A stretch of 63,908 bases of DNA, filler included, from Octopus bimaculoides (GCF_001194135.2; 5 parts of 5 records of this genome joined end to end with filler, not necessarily neighbours in it), one strand, 5' to 3'; shown: positions 23,646 to 38,204, counted from the whole stretch's first letter. Notes: generated by a model not told the origin, from the sequence alone. Translations and numbers: made by a program.

Positions 23646-26470
23646 AACGTATTTATATATTTAGTTGTTATTTTTTATTTTGCTGGCGTCGAAAGATGCA
23701 ATATTAGCAGCTTCTGACTCGGCACAAGACCATTTCTTAGATGAAATGGCAGAATCAATTGATTTCAGCACGTACATAGAATTTATTTATTTAGCTATAG
23801 TACAACAATCCAAAGTTAATTGAGCCAAGAACTAAGAGATCTAAATAAGTTACTAGTTGGACTCAAATCTGTGGATAATTTACGTAATATAGGGACAATG
23901 TGTTTAGCTTTGTACTCTAATATCGTAACAATTATTGGAATAGCATATAATCTAACAGTACCCGTGAAAATGCAACGTGTATCCTGAAAACTGTTGGATG
24001 GTTGGTGATTTATAGAAAACCATGAAATGCATAATTTAATGCTAAATTGTATTTTGCTTGAAACATTTTGTAGCTGGAATAAAAAGTCCATCAGATAATA
24101 CATTCTGTCTTTACTACATAGGCACACGTATTTGAGGTGGCAAATAGTTGATACTATTGACCTCAGCACTTGACTGTGTGACCTCATTTAACGCAGTACA
24201 TATTATCGAGATAAAAGGCGAAAATGATTTCGGATGTATTTTGAATTCAGAAAGTAATGTCTGAAGAAGTATTTGGCATTTACTTACGTAAACAATCACA
24301 CTTTTCGGAAATTCAAGAGATTTTTAGTTTTGGTCAAAGTATCTTATCACTGTAATTATAAATGCAAAGAAAGTGAAATTTTCTTCGATTCGATCAGATC
24401 ATGATGGAGTGCCAATGAAAAATATCGTACGTTCAAGTTATCACGCTTCTTAATGTGAGAAATAAAATTATCTGACATCCATATCTTTCTCATGACCACA
24501 ACAGGCTTAAATATGAAAACGTTTACAATCGGGAATCGACATACAGTGAAGAAATATTGAAAAGGTAATTAACTGGAAAGATAATATTATTTGACGCAGA
24601 AGCAATTGCTACAGCAGAGAGAATGCAGATATACGCTAAACATATGAAGACAGAACGATACGAACTTGAGGAAAAAAACAAAAAAACTTTGCATATCTTC
24701 AATGGGGAGCAGAGCAAACTTTGGCGTCCAGTCTCTTCACATCCTATTGTGTCACTAGAATGATTTTAGTCGGAATAATAGGAAATTAACTGTTAAGATA
24801 ACATTATTGTTTATCTTATAAGGCTTGGGGGTAATATTGTTAAGCAGAAGGAATATGGTACAAAATCAATAGAAGAACGGAGCTCAATCCTGGAAAAAAG
24901 TCAAATTTCAGCCACTTCATATAGCAGTGAAGCTGCGATGAACGCAGTTATGTACGTGTGATTCGATTATCAGTCGTATGTATCTCAAATGATAAGTGAG
25001 AAATAATAAGTTATAGATACATACATTCACACACACACACACACATACACATACACACACATACACGCACACACACACACACACACAGACGCGCGCACGC
25101 ACACACACACACACACACACACACAAACATTTTGTAACGTCTGGTACCGGTTTCCGTCTTTTCGACTTTTGCAACAAAATGTAAAACAAAGGTGGACATT
25201 GAGAAGAAAATCAATTAAATTCAAGGAAAAATTAATTGAATTGTTTTGTAAATATTTCCATAGCCTTCAATAGGTGAGACATTTCCCTTTTTTTCTGTTT
25301 TTCTCACTTTTCCTTTGTGAAGGCCCGTAAGGTACGTTGTAGCACATCTGAAAAATNNNNNNNNNNNNNNNNNNNNNNNNNNNNNNNNNNNNNNNNNNNN
25401 NNNNNNNNNNNNNNNNNNNNNNNNNNNNNNNNNNNNNNNNNNNNNNNNNNNNNNNNNNNNNNNNNNNNNNNNNNNNNNNNNNNNNNNNNNNNNNNNNNNN
25501 NNNNNNNNNNNNNNNNNNNNNNNNNNNNNNNNNNNNNNNNNNNNNNNNNNNNNNNNNNNNNNNNNNNNNNNNNNNNNNNNNNNNNNNNNNNNNNNNNNNN
25601 NNNNNNNNNNNNNNNNNNNNNNNNNNNNNNNNNNNNNNNNNNNNNNNNNNNNNNNNNNNNNNNNNNNNNNNNNNNNNNNNNNNNNNNNNNNNNNNNNNNN
25701 NNNNNNNNNNNNNNNNNNNNNNNNNNNNNNNNNNNNNNNNNNNNNNNNNNNNNNNNNNNNNNNNNNNNNNNNNNNNNNNNNNNNNNNNNNNNNNNNNNNN
25801 NNNNNNNNNNNNNNNNNNNNNNNNNNNNNNNNNNNNNNNNNNNNNNNNNNNNNNNNNNNNNNNNNNNNNNNNNNNNNNNNNNNNNNNNNNNNNNNNNNNN
25901 NNNNNNNNNNNNNNNNNNNNNNNNNNNNNNNNNNNNNNNNNNNNNNNNNNNNNNNNNNNNNNNNNNNNNNNNNNNNNNNNNNNNNNNNNNNNNNNNNNNN
26001 NNNNNNNNNNNNNNNNNNNNNNNNNNNNNNNNNNNNNNNNNNNNNNNNNNNNNNNNNNNNNNNNNNNNNNNNNNNNNNNNNNNNNNNNNNNNNNNNNNNN
26101 NNNNNNNNNNNNNNNNNNNNNNNNNNNNNNNNNNNNNNNNNNNNNNNNNNNNNNNNNNNNNNNNNNNNNNNNNNNNNNNNNNNNNNNNNNNNNNNNNNNN
26201 NNNNNNNNNNNNNNNNNNNNNNNNNNNNNNNNNNNNNNNNNNNNNNNNNNNNNNNNNNNNNNNNNNNNNNNNNNNNNNNNNNNNNNNNNNNNNNNNNNNN
26301 NNNNNNNNNNNNNNNNNNNNNNNNNNNNNNNNNTATATATATATATATGTATGTATATATATGTGTGTGTGTGTGTGCGTGCGTGTGTGTGTGTGTGTGT
26401 GTATGGATGTATATGTGTGTGTGTACGTGTCTGTGTGTTTGTTCGTGTGCATATAAAGATAGAGTTATGC

Positions 26471-26505
<35 letters not shown>

Positions 26506-27939
26506 TGTGTGTACTCTCTATTCGTGTGTTAATATATGTATACTTACGTATGTACACATGTGTATATTTCGCTCTCCCCCCACACACTCTTTATGTTTCT
26601 GTATATGATAAATGTTGTGAAACAAGAAGTAGAATGGAAGCGACTGAATTCATAGCTCGTACCATTTCACAGACAGCATACCGTGTGTATGGCATTGGTC
26701 GACCCCTCCCCCCCAAAAAACAATGCACCTCGGAAGATTACATAATCACATTTGCCTTTCCATTATCAATCTGTCTTTATAATAAATCAATGATTTTTCG
26801 GTGTATGATTTAAACTTGAGTTTACTACATTGACTTACTCTGTTTTTAGTGAATTTCAGCTTTATTTTCTGTTTAGATGAATCAGTTTTTTTATTTATTT
26901 ATAACCATGTCTCGAAGTCTTCAATTTTTTTACATCTTAAAGTATTTCTTTATTTGTTCTATGAACTTCTGTCTTTTTCTTCCTGTTGTTCAAACAGTGA
27001 TTTATTCCTGCTGCTGCACTTATTGTAGTTTCTTTCATTCTGAGTTTCAAAATATGTAAAAAATAAAATAAAATATATATATATATTCCTTGGTATGTTT
27101 TCTGTTTTCTGAACAAAGAAATTTTTCCAGGACGTTTTCCTGATTTATTTCAATTTCCTTTCTCATTTTATATTTACTTCAATATTTTTTTTTGTACTTT
27201 TTAATATAATTAGTTATCTATTTATCTATTTCAAATATATATATATATATATATATATATANNNNNNNNNNNNNNNNNNNNNNNNNNNNNNNNNNNNNNN
27301 NNNNNNNNNNNNNNNNNNNNNNNNNNNNNNNNNNNNNNNNNNNNNNNNNNNNNNNNNNNNNNNNNNNNNNNNNNNNNNNNNNNNNNNNNNNNNNNNNNNN
27401 NNNNNNNNNNNNNNNNNNNNNNNNNNNNNNNNNNNNNNNNNNNNNNNNNNNNNNNNNNNNNNNNNNNNNNNNNNNNNNGGAAAAAGAAAATTATCAAATG
27501 GAATAAACATGTAAAAGAACACTCACACGCGCGCGTACACACATTTGTATATATGTGTCTGTACATGTGTGTGTATATATATATATATATATGTGGGTGT
27601 GTGTATATGTATATGTGTGTGTGTGTGTAAACATTTTAACTTTTAAGCTGAAGTATTTAAATTTTTTGCTTATGAAACCTACGAATGAAAGTTCGACTGT
27701 GACTTCGGAAGTTCGGCTTGGCTGCTTTTGTCAGACTGACGAAGACAAGTAAGGTTAACTTGAAAATATGTCCTTGAACTACGTCAGGTTTTTCCGTTTT
27801 CTTTCTTTTTTTTTTTTTTTTGATAGTCATTGTTCTTTATCCCGCTGCCTTTCTAACAAGGCAAGTAAAACTGGTGGGAGATCCGACTGAGTTGCTGACG
27901 TCCCGGCCGTACAATGCAATGTATCGGACTATATATAGC

Positions 27940-29350
27940 TTATAGCACTCAAGCCCTGATATTTTGGAGAAGGAGTCTAGTCGATTACATCAATTCCAGT
28001 GCTCGACTATTACATATTCCATGAGCTCTGAGACAATGAAAAGCAGAATTAAACCTCTGTAGAATTTGAACTCATAACCTTAAAACGGGCAAAACGCCGC
28101 TAAGCGTTTGTTTGGTGTGCTGACACTTCAGCGATTCTACCAGCTAACGATTCTGTTGCCTTGATGTGACTAAGAATGCTGAGCAGAAGGAGTATTTTAC
28201 TCTTATTACTAGCAATCTAGATGTCTCGGCACCCTTTGTCACATTTAGTGACGATTGAATTTTCCCATTATAATATCATATTTTGCCTGACTGTTTATAT
28301 TAATTTTTTGTATACGCATTAGCATTCCGCTAAATCATCCATAGATTTCTATGGTAAATACATATATGCTGACTGGCGGAATTAGCTGACACCAGTCTTA
28401 ATAATTATAGCAATCATGTCTTCAATCGACACAAGTCTTGAAATTTGGCGAATTAGGGTTGGGATAGGGGGCAAATTGATTTCACCAACCCCAGTGCTTC
28501 ACTGGTATTTGTTTTGCTGGCCTCGAAAGGATGTAAGGTAAAGTTGGCTTCGGTGGAATTTGAACTCAGAACATAATATTCCTTATTATTAATATCATTA
28601 TTATTATCTTTAGGGCGGTAGATTGACAGAATCGTTAGAACGTTATTTGCTTTGATATTTAAATTCTGTGTTCAAATCATATCGTAATCGTATTTACGTT
28701 CCATCCCTGATGAGGAGGTAGAGAAAAAGCGTACCTGAAAAGATTGGGGGGGGGGTCTATATGTTTGTCCCTTGCAGGGCGGCAAGTTAGCAGAATTGTT
28801 AGCACGCAGGACAAAGACAGCATTTCGTCCGTCTTTACGTTTTATGTTTCAAATTTTGCCGAGGTCGATTTGCCTTTTATCTCTTTCGGTGTGGATAAAA
28901 TAAGTACAAGTTGAGCACTAGCATCGACATAACCAACTTATCCAACTCCCTCGAAATTACTGGTCTAGCGCCGAAATTTGAAACCGATATATCTGTTCCT
29001 ATCATCCTTTCGGGGTCGATAAATAAAGTTCCAGTGGAGTGCTGGGGGAGGGGTGGTCAACGTTTTCTTCCAAAAACTGCAGTGTTTATGACAAAATTAG
29101 AAAGAATAATTATCATAATTATCTAATAATCTTTTCAACTCTAGGCACAAGGCCTGAAACTTTTGGGGAGGGAGCGAGTCGATTAGATCGACCCCAGTAC
29201 GCAACTGGTACATAATTATCGACCCCGAAAGGATAAGAGGCAAAGTCGACCTTGGCGGAATTTGAACTCAGAACGTAGCAACAGATGAAATACCGCTAAG
29301 CATATTGCCCGAGGTGTTAACGCTTCAGCCAGCTCGCTGCTTTGATGATG

Positions 29351-29383
<33 letters not shown>

Positions 29384-29480
29384 TTTTCTAGTTTAGGCAC
29401 AAGACCCGAAATTGACCCCTTCTAAGCATACTGCTAAGCGTTTCGCCCGGCGTGCCAATCTTTCTGCCAGCTCGCCGCCT
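27940..29480. mobile_element. Cluster of about 7-8 SINE family A copies and fragments in mixed orientation
   Basis: Copies at about 27940-28150 (-), 28430-28575 (-), 28610-28760 (+), 28775-28985 (+), 29000-29100 (+), 29125-29342 (-) and 29380-29480 (-). Confidence 0.8.
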
Positions 29481-29776
29481 CATAATTATCTAATATTATC
29501 TCTTTTGTTCCTGTAACTTTTATGGATGTTACTAATAATGTGTGTATGGAAGTTTTTCTTTCTAGTTGGCTTTTGTTAATGGTACGGTGTAATGCTTGTC
29601 TGTTCAACCAATCTGAATTCATTGAAGAAGTCGCTGCACACCTGGAGAAAGCAATGCTAATGTTCATAAAATGTACATTCGACTTTCGAAATAATTACCT
29701 TGTCGTTTCTGGCTCTTTAACCTAACAACGCATTTCTATGTATGTATGTATGTATGTATGTATGTATGTATGTATG

Positions 29777-29808
<32 letters not shown>

Positions 29809-30095
29809 ACTGTCTTTCGGCTGGAATACATAGTGGAAAACGATCACATATATACATACATGCATACATACATACATACATACATACATACATACATACA
29901 CTTGGTATAATCAACATAATTAAATCTGTAATGCTGCAGCATGGAACTCTTCCAAAGCGTGAACTGTAAAATAATAAAAGAAAATATGTACTTGTATGTA
30001 CGTATGTATGTATGCATGTATGTATGTATGCATGTATGTAGGTATCTCTCTCTCTCTATATATATATACACACAAATATAAGCATAACTACATGG

Positions 30096-30132
<37 letters not shown>

Positions 30133-30527
30133 TACTCATAAATACATTCTTGCATGCATACGAACACACGCATACATATAAACACATACACACATACATA
30201 TACGTACCAGAACAATTGTTTAGCGAAATAATCAGCTGTCATAGCTAAATAAGAAGCACCATTATATTATGTTGGTATTATCTAGAAAACATATTGTGTC
30301 TCGTTCTTCCGACTAACATTATAGAAAATATGTGAGAGAAACGTGTCAGAACTAAAGGTGAAGACGTTTTATTTATGTATGAGAATATTGATCACCGACT
30401 GCTCAATCAGCATACTGGAGAATGTGAGGAAAAGTTATGGAGCAGCGGAACGAAGCCAACATTTTCAACACAAAACGTGATGAGTAAAAATTGAAGCATT
30501 GTGTGGTATCACACGTAAGAACAATAT

Positions 30528-30575
<48 letters not shown>

Positions 30576-30579
30576 ACAC

Positions 30580-30610
<31 letters not shown>

Positions 30611-30769
30611 CATATATATGTATATTCTCTAAAACATATGCATACCCCAACGTCGGCATACATATGATATGCGCTAATATATGTTTGGGCTTTAATGTTT
30701 ATAATGCAAAATAAAGCATTTATAAGTCTATCTATCTATCTATTAATTTTCATATATCCATTAATATAG

Positions 30770-30816
<47 letters not shown>

Positions 30817-31093
30817 CGTTTATAAATTGAAATTTACGTGCACATGTAACACACGATGTCCGACACATTAAATTTCACGTTCGATGGCTGGAGACATATG
30901 TTGATTTATGAAACTGTTGGATTTTCATAGAAACCCAATAAATGAATAATTTGGCACGATTTCGGCTGCGTGGAATAGAAATAATAAAAAGAAAAAAAGA
31001 GAAAGCAATCTACGTATATACCTATGTAAGTGTCCCTTTCTCTCTCTCTGTGTCAATATAATTTATATCTATGTATATATATATATATATATA

Positions 31094-31286
31094 TATGCAG
31101 GAGAGACTGTGTGATAAGTTGCTTGCTTAACAACTTCCTGGTTCCAGGTTCAGTTACACTGCGTGGCACCTTGGGCGAGTGTCTTCTATAGCCAGGACCC
31201 TTGTGAATGGAAACTGAAAGAAACCTGTTGTATATATATTTATATATATATATATATATATGCGTGTGTGTGTGTGTGTGTGTGCG

Positions 31287-31319
<33 letters not shown>

Positions 31320-31680
31320 GTATGTGTGTGTGAGTATATATGTTTGGGTGTCTGTGTTTGTCCCCCACCATCGCTTGACAACCGATGTAGATGTGCTCAC
31401 CACTATTACACTAGCGGCTCAGCAAAAGAGACCGATAGAATAGGTATTAGGCTTACAAAGAATAAGTTCCGAGGTCGATTTGTTCGGCCACTTTTAAACT
31501 TCCCGATCCACTCATGCCCACTTCTACGCGCTAGTGCACTGTCCCTGTGTTGTGTTAAAAGCCTCCGATGAATTTCAGCACCTGACACACCTTCCGTTCA
31601 GAGAAAGGAATACGAGAAAATAAACAGAGAGATAATAAAAATCCTTGTGGATTTAGCGGTCCAGCATGGCGACTGGCTGG
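31094..31680 (+). mobile_element. SINE family B, interrupted near its 3' end
   Basis: GGTTCAGTTACACTGCGTGGCACCTTGGGCGAGTGTCTTCTATAGCC head region, internal (TA)/(TG)n, CATCGCTTGACAACCGATG...AAAAGAGACCGATAGAATA; resumes as CCAGCATGGC at about 31660. Confidence 0.8.
31485..31610 (-). mobile_element. Mariner transposase N-terminal HTH fragment
   Basis: SGAEIHRRLLTQHRDSALARRSGHEWIGKFKSGRT matches mariner EIHRRL...G...s...V..W...FK.GR. Confidence 0.75.
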
Positions 31681-33655
31681 AGAAAAAAAGAAAAAAGGTG
31701 CGCGTGCGTGCGTGCGTATGTGTGTATGTGTGAATATGCGTGGGGGCTAGGGGCTAGTGGCTTTGACGTGTGTGGATGATGGTGTGTGGGTGTTCCCAAC
31801 CACATGTTTCCGAGTTCAGTCCCACTGCGTGGCACATTACGCAAGAGTCTTCTACTATATATATATATATATATATNNNNNNNNNNNNNNNNNNNNNNNN
31901 NNNNNNNNNNNNNNNNNNNNNNNNNNNNNNNNNNNNNNNNNNNNNNNNNNNNNNNNNNNNNNNNNNNNNNNNNNNNNNNNNNNTCTACCTGTATATATAG
32001 GTGCATATCTGGGTACAAGACATTGCAAACAAAACGTAGACAAGAAAATAATAATAACCAGAGTACAGAAAACACACAAGCCACATAGAGAACATTTTCC
32101 TTCATCAGCTACCCCCGTTTTAACACCGGCGTTTCAAAGAGTTGGGCAGGACGCATCGTTAAAACGGCTCTTCCCATGGACCGCAAATTAAATTTGTATA
32201 CACAAATTAAACCTGTGCCATGGAGGAATGTAGTGGCGGACAAAAAACAAGACAGGAAAACAACGGAAAAGAAAACAAGACAGGAAAACAAACGGAAAAG
32301 GCTATGCGGCCAGACGTAAAAAATTATGTGTATATGAACGCTGTGAGGCATATATATATATATATCTATATATATAGTAGAAGATAATCAGCAAATGCAT
32401 TAATATCCAAAATATTCAAAATTATCCATCGATGAAAAGAAGCTTAAATGTGGCATAAAAAACATGATAAACGCAGACGAATGGTTTATATGGTATTGCT
32501 ACAATTGCTTCGTTAGGAATTTTCTATTGTGGCATATGCATAATACAATTGGTGAGATTGCGTAATATGTTACATAACTCCCAACTCCTCAGGCTACCAA
32601 ATAAACATTAACTTGCTGATTCATCAACATATCAAGAAGTGAAATTTTAAATCAAAATTACCTACATTTAGAAAATTTAAGTTGATTGTATCTTCGACCT
32701 GCCGAACTAGAACTGTGTAAATTGGAATGAGTTCGTAAATATAAGGACAGTTAAAGGTGAAAGAAGTCATAAACTCTATAGTGAACTCGTTCACAAAGGC
32801 TACTTATTGCAGAACGTACTCGAACACTGCTGATAACATGCACTAAGCATGGACTTTGACCCTATCAAAGCATTTTCAAATGCAGCAGCCAACGTTGCTG
32901 CAAAAGACATTTATTGTAATATATTACTTTGAAGTCAGCGTTAGTTTTATATTCAAGAAATTCATCTTCATAGAAGTGTTCAGAAAGGAAATTACCAAAC
33001 TGGTAGAATATTAGTATAATCTAATGAAGATTCATCTAATTATAATACAAGGAGAAATGTTTAGGGCAAAATAGATTAACTAAGTTTTCTGCGAAATTCT
33101 AGACGACAGAGGGGTGAAAGAAGAATAGGGCGGAAAAAGAAAAGAAATATATAAAACAAAATAAGATAAATTAAGTCGAAAGAAAATGTTTTCTTTCGAC
33201 TATGGCTGGTATAGATATGCATATTAACAATAATTAATATGATAGAGAATATAGAGACTAGTACAACCTCAAAATTTATTTCATTTTATTTTACAATGTC
33301 ATACAGCATATTTCTATGGTTACGACGACACACAAGTGTTTCCACTGCACAGATTATGAGCAGTTGCACATGCAACCGGGCATAATTTTCTGTGCAGCTT
33401 AGTTCGGGTCTTTCAATCACCTTGGTTCGAGGCGAATTGTAAAATAAGGAAATAAATTTTGAGGACGTGCCAGTTTCCATATTCTCTAACGTTATAATTA
33501 TTGCTAATATACACTCCAGATAATATTACCATCCCGTGAAGCGAACACGGATTTACCCATCGGAGGAATTTACAGCATGAGTGACACCTCCTTGTAGCCA
33601 CAGACGTTTGATACTAACCGGTGCGGTTAGCCGTAACCTGGAACATAACTGAGAG

Positions 33656-33724
<69 letters not shown>

Positions 33725-33759
33725 CACACGCACACACACATGGCTAATTTCATACCAAC

Positions 33760-34885
33760 TCACCGAATGGTCTCATGAGTCACATTTCAGATTTGCTTCA
33801 ATATTTAACAACAAAAACTTTCAATAGAAAAATCAACCTTGAAAATTTGAGGTCAATTTCTCAGTATGTTCGAAAGTTATCGATGTTTGCATTTAAGCAG
33901 GAATTAGCGAAAATTGCATGTTATGAGTTTAAAGGAGTATTTTTACAACTTAACAAGCAAGAATGGAAACAAACTTAAATGTGATATCCCAACAGTTTCT
34001 CATCAAAGAATCTGTTTCTGGACTGTTTTCGAATAGTTTTTGAGTTTGTGGAAAGTGAAAATGCCGAAAACTGCAATTTCAAAGGTCACTTCTTAAATTT
34101 TGAGAAGCCGTAGTTCCTGAAGATTTTGGCTGAAATTTTTTTTTGTTTTTTGTTTTAATAGCTTCTAACAAACACCACAATTAAAACCTAAATATCTTTA
34201 AACCTTTTCAAGAGACCATATCATAAAGAATATTTCTGAAGTTTTAAACATTTATTCGACCTTCGAGAGCCTAGAATCTAGCATATACAGTTATGATCAA
34301 TCCTGAAACTTTGCGTGTTTGAAGATCTAAGTATGGTCTATCACTTCAGAAAATTAGAAAACCAATACTACTTCATAAGAAGAGCCTTTTGATTCAGAGA
34401 ATTTAAAAGAATATTCGCTTGTTAAGTGTGGCCTGCCAAAGTTATAAAAATCTTTGATTAAGTTCGTGATATTCAATTTTTGCTAATTGGCTAAATTTCC
34501 AACGTTGATAACTTGTTGAGCGGATTGAGCAATTGGTCTCAAAGTTTTAGATCTTCTTTATAGAAGCTTTTTATGGTTAAGGCGGCGAGCTGGCAGAAAC
34601 GTTAGCACGCCGGGCGAAATGCCTAGCGGTATTCCGTCTGCCGCTACGTGCTGAGTTCAAATTCCACTGAGGTCAACTTTGCCTTTCATCCTTTCGGGGT
34701 CGATTAAATAAATACCAGTTACGCACTGACGTCGATATAATCGACTTAATCCGTTTGTCTGTCCTTGTTTGTCCCCTCTGTGTGTAGCTCCTTGTGGGCA
34801 GTAAAGAAATAAGAAGCTTTCTGTCATTAAATTTAGAAGCAAATCTGATATGTGACACATGGGTACTTTTGAAAAATTCGTTGAT
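33760..34885. mobile_element. Foldback/MITE-like element with ~200-bp imperfect terminal inverted repeats, interrupted by a SINE
   Basis: 33760-33950 aligns by eye (about 70%) to the reverse complement of 34440-34570 plus 34815-34885. Confidence 0.6.
34577..34812 (+). mobile_element. SINE family A with alternative 3' tail (A2)
   Basis: Same head and core as family A, but tail TAATCCGTTTGTCTGTCCTTGTTTGTCCCCTCTGTG...GTGGGCAGTAAAGAAATA. Confidence 0.9.
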
Positions 34886-35223
34886 TTCATATATATAGAT
34901 AAATATATATGCATGCTATGTAACAGACGGTAGAGTTATCTGGTACCACTATAATTGTTCCCTTAATTGTTTTATTATGACATAAACATGGTACAGTCAA
35001 GTTTGTAGTATTCACAATATCCATTAAAACCATGTAATGCATTATGCAGCTCTCAAAACACCAAGCTGGACAAATATATAAACAAGCAGCGACATGCACA
35101 AGAACCAACAGTTCATCAGCTTGTGAGTTTCGAATTAGTATTATCAATATGTAAGAAATGCAAAATGGGTGGGACTACAATCAGTCAACCATGGGCGTTG
35201 ATAGCAGAGTGAGGATGTAAGTT

Positions 35224-35570
35224 TGTTATGATGTGGTGTTTTCCACAGTTATAACGCGTGGCCACTGTTGTGACTGTAACTGTTGTATTTACTCTCGTAG
35301 CCACAATATTTTCTTGATATCTGATACAGTGTATCTCTTCTATACCGGAATGGTAATACACTGCTTCGTCTATCGTGCTATCGCTGATAGCTCTGCACGA
35401 CACCGAATTTGAACCGTCTATCTTGACTGTGACTCGAACTCGACTATAACACGTAACATACTCTTAACTCCAACTGAGAACTCGTACAACGACTGACATA
35501 CGACTCACTTTATAGTAGCTTACTCATACCACTAGTCCCGTGGAAGAGGTGTACCATTTCCACTACAACA
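35224..35570. mobile_element. Probable solo LTR (347 bp)
   Basis: TGTT...AACA termini and near-TSD AAGTT/AAATT. Removing it restores the alignment of the flanks with the paralogous arm at about 36640-36800. Confidence 0.55.
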
Positions 35571-36941
35571 AAATTATAAAAACGCATATGATTTTAAAAG
35601 CATATTTAGTCTTAAGATGTCATTGAACTTAGCAACATATCTTATAAAATCTGGTACTGGAAGACCTTAGTTTCTATTTATAAGATTTATGAATTATATT
35701 TCGGTAACGAAGAGTATTTTAATACTATTATTGCTGATACCTGGTCATATTTAATTACTTTTGTGAATCCTTAATTCTAACGAGAGTTACCGATGATTGT
35801 AATTTTATTCAGTTTGTTTCTAAATTTATCCGTTATTTTTATATTTGCTTCTTCCTCCTTAGTAATGGTCTTTATAATTCTTTATAATTCTTAGAAATTC
35901 TCTTAATATTATCTTGATACTCCTCGTTATTTAAAACTGTTTTAGTGGTGATCTGAAATGATTATTCAACCTTTATGATTTTGATTGATTTGATTAATAG
36001 AAACATTATGAAACATAGTTTTTCGGCTTTTATTGGGCATATCGGTTCTGTTTTCCTTCTATATTCTAGGCTTTGAACCCATAACTTTATGACAGTTATA
36101 TAAGTCATATTTCTATATTTCAACATTTAAATTTATATATGTTTATATTGATACTGTTTATAGCCTAAACTACTTTCATTAGTCTAGTATACACATTTAT
36201 TTGTTCGCTTGTGCAAACACTGTTTTCCCGCGTTGTCCTATTCCGTTACTATTTAAATATTTATAGGTTATGATTGCTGACACTGTGTTTATGGCTATCT
36301 TAATATATTTATCACTTTTTTCCTTATTCTTTCCCCTCCTTTTTTTCGCCCTCGTCTTCTGAAATTTCGAGACACCTTTGCTATTCGTAAGTTATTTTCC
36401 CTGAATAGTAATCAGCTGGATCACTCTTAATAAAAGCTAATATTCTATTAGTTCTGAAAAAATGAATTGGAGCACTTTAATGAAGAAGAAATGAAATAGA
36501 TGAATAAGTAATGATGGAATTTATTAACCATGACACTTCTTTGAAATACCAAACAATATAACTCAGTAACCAATTTTTTGAGAATAACACCGGCAATGGT
36601 TTTCTTTAAGGTTTCAATAGGCTTCATTGTCATGCAAGTCACCGGCAATCTGCTTGTATATCTATCTATCTGTTTTGCTCGTATCAAACTTTGTAGACGA
36701 TGTGGCTACGTTTAATGACATCTTTAGAACAGATACACTTTTCAACTATTCTATAATTTAGAACGTCGTTTTGCTATCCACCCGCACGATTGACTGATTG
36801 TAGTTCCAGCCACTTTACATTCTTTTATATGTTGGTAATTCTGATTGGAAATGTCACTTGTTGATGAACTGTCGATTCATGAGCATGTCATTGCGTGCTT
36901 GTATAATTTGTTCAGCCTGATGAGTTGGGAGTTGCGTAATA

Positions 36942-37239
36942 CGGTGCTACTCGGTGTAGTGGTCCGTGGACCGGTGCCGGTCCGCGAGCCATCATCTGCC
37001 GGTGCGCGGTGAGTTTCCAGAAAAGAAAGAAACATTATAAAATGCTTATAAAATGCTTATGTAATATTGTATTATTTGTTTACAAAATAAATATAAGATT
37101 GAAAAATTGTCAACTTTTATTACATTCATTATATATACTGTTTCCGGTATAAATTAATATTACTAAGAAATATTGCCGGTCCCTAGCACATTGGAAAAAA
37201 AAAACTGCCGGTACGCCACATCAAATAGTTTGAGCACTG
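36942..37239. mobile_element. hAT-type MITE
   Basis: Termini CGGTGCT.../...AGCACTG, 8-bp TSD-like GCGTAATA/ACGTAATG, internal CCGGTCC/GCCGGT motifs. Confidence 0.7.
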
Positions 37240-37593
37240 ACGTAATGTATTCCATAATCTTATGGATGTTGTGTATACAACATACCTGCATCATGTTCAA
37301 GTCACAATAATGGTTTATAATGAGACAACTGTAGCAGTAACAGATAACTCATTCGTTTGTTTTTAAGTTTTTCACGCCATTTAAGGTTCCATTCATCTTT
37401 GCATACTACTGGAGTTTCAGATTACCTGAAAACAAGGAACTTCTCTTCAACGATGCATTCTCTGCTATGATAATGGATTACTTAATTGACTGATTTGCAT
37501 CATTCAGTAGAGCCATTAATTGTGGCGTCTTTCACTTTGATATGCTTCGAACCTTAATGGATTCTACTTAATCAAATTCCACCTCGATCTCTC

Positions 37594-37645
<52 letters not shown>

Positions 37646-37655
37646 NNNNNNNNNN

Positions 37656-37697
<42 letters not shown>

Positions 37698-38204
37698 TAC
37701 ATACGTACATACATACATACATACATACATACATACATACGAAAGCATACATACATACACACACATGCATATATATGCACAGACTATCCATGAGACGATT
37801 ACTTCTTTCTCAAATGCAACTGGTATTTGCCAACTCTGTTTCTGCGAGAAACTACGCATTGTCCACTTGCTTTCAATATCCGTCAACAGTGACCTATCTT
37901 ATTGTTGAAACTAAAATTTTGCCCTGCTGTTGAACTTCAAATGAACCTGGCTTTTCTCTTCTGCTAGATTTATTAAATTCTCTCTCAATTGGTTGCATAT
38001 ACATATAGAGATATCGAGACACATAGAGATATGGATATATTTATATGCACATATGTATATATGTGCGCGCACGTGCAGATGTATGTATGTGTGTATGTGA
38101 AGCTAGTTATTGTCACAAATATTCTGTTATATACATTATAAGAAGAAAGCAGGAGAAATAACGTGTAGTATGATAAATAAATGTCAAAACCATAACTTGA
38201 CTTC

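Noticed and set aside
28700-28750. CTGATGA...GAAA hammerhead-like string
   Set aside because: It lies at the position of the SINE-A core in a decayed copy; stems II and III do not form canonically.
29480-29650. Possible host exon on the minus strand (TTGCTTTCTCCAG acceptor-like site)
   Set aside because: No recognisable protein motif or convincing donor site; such sites occur by chance.
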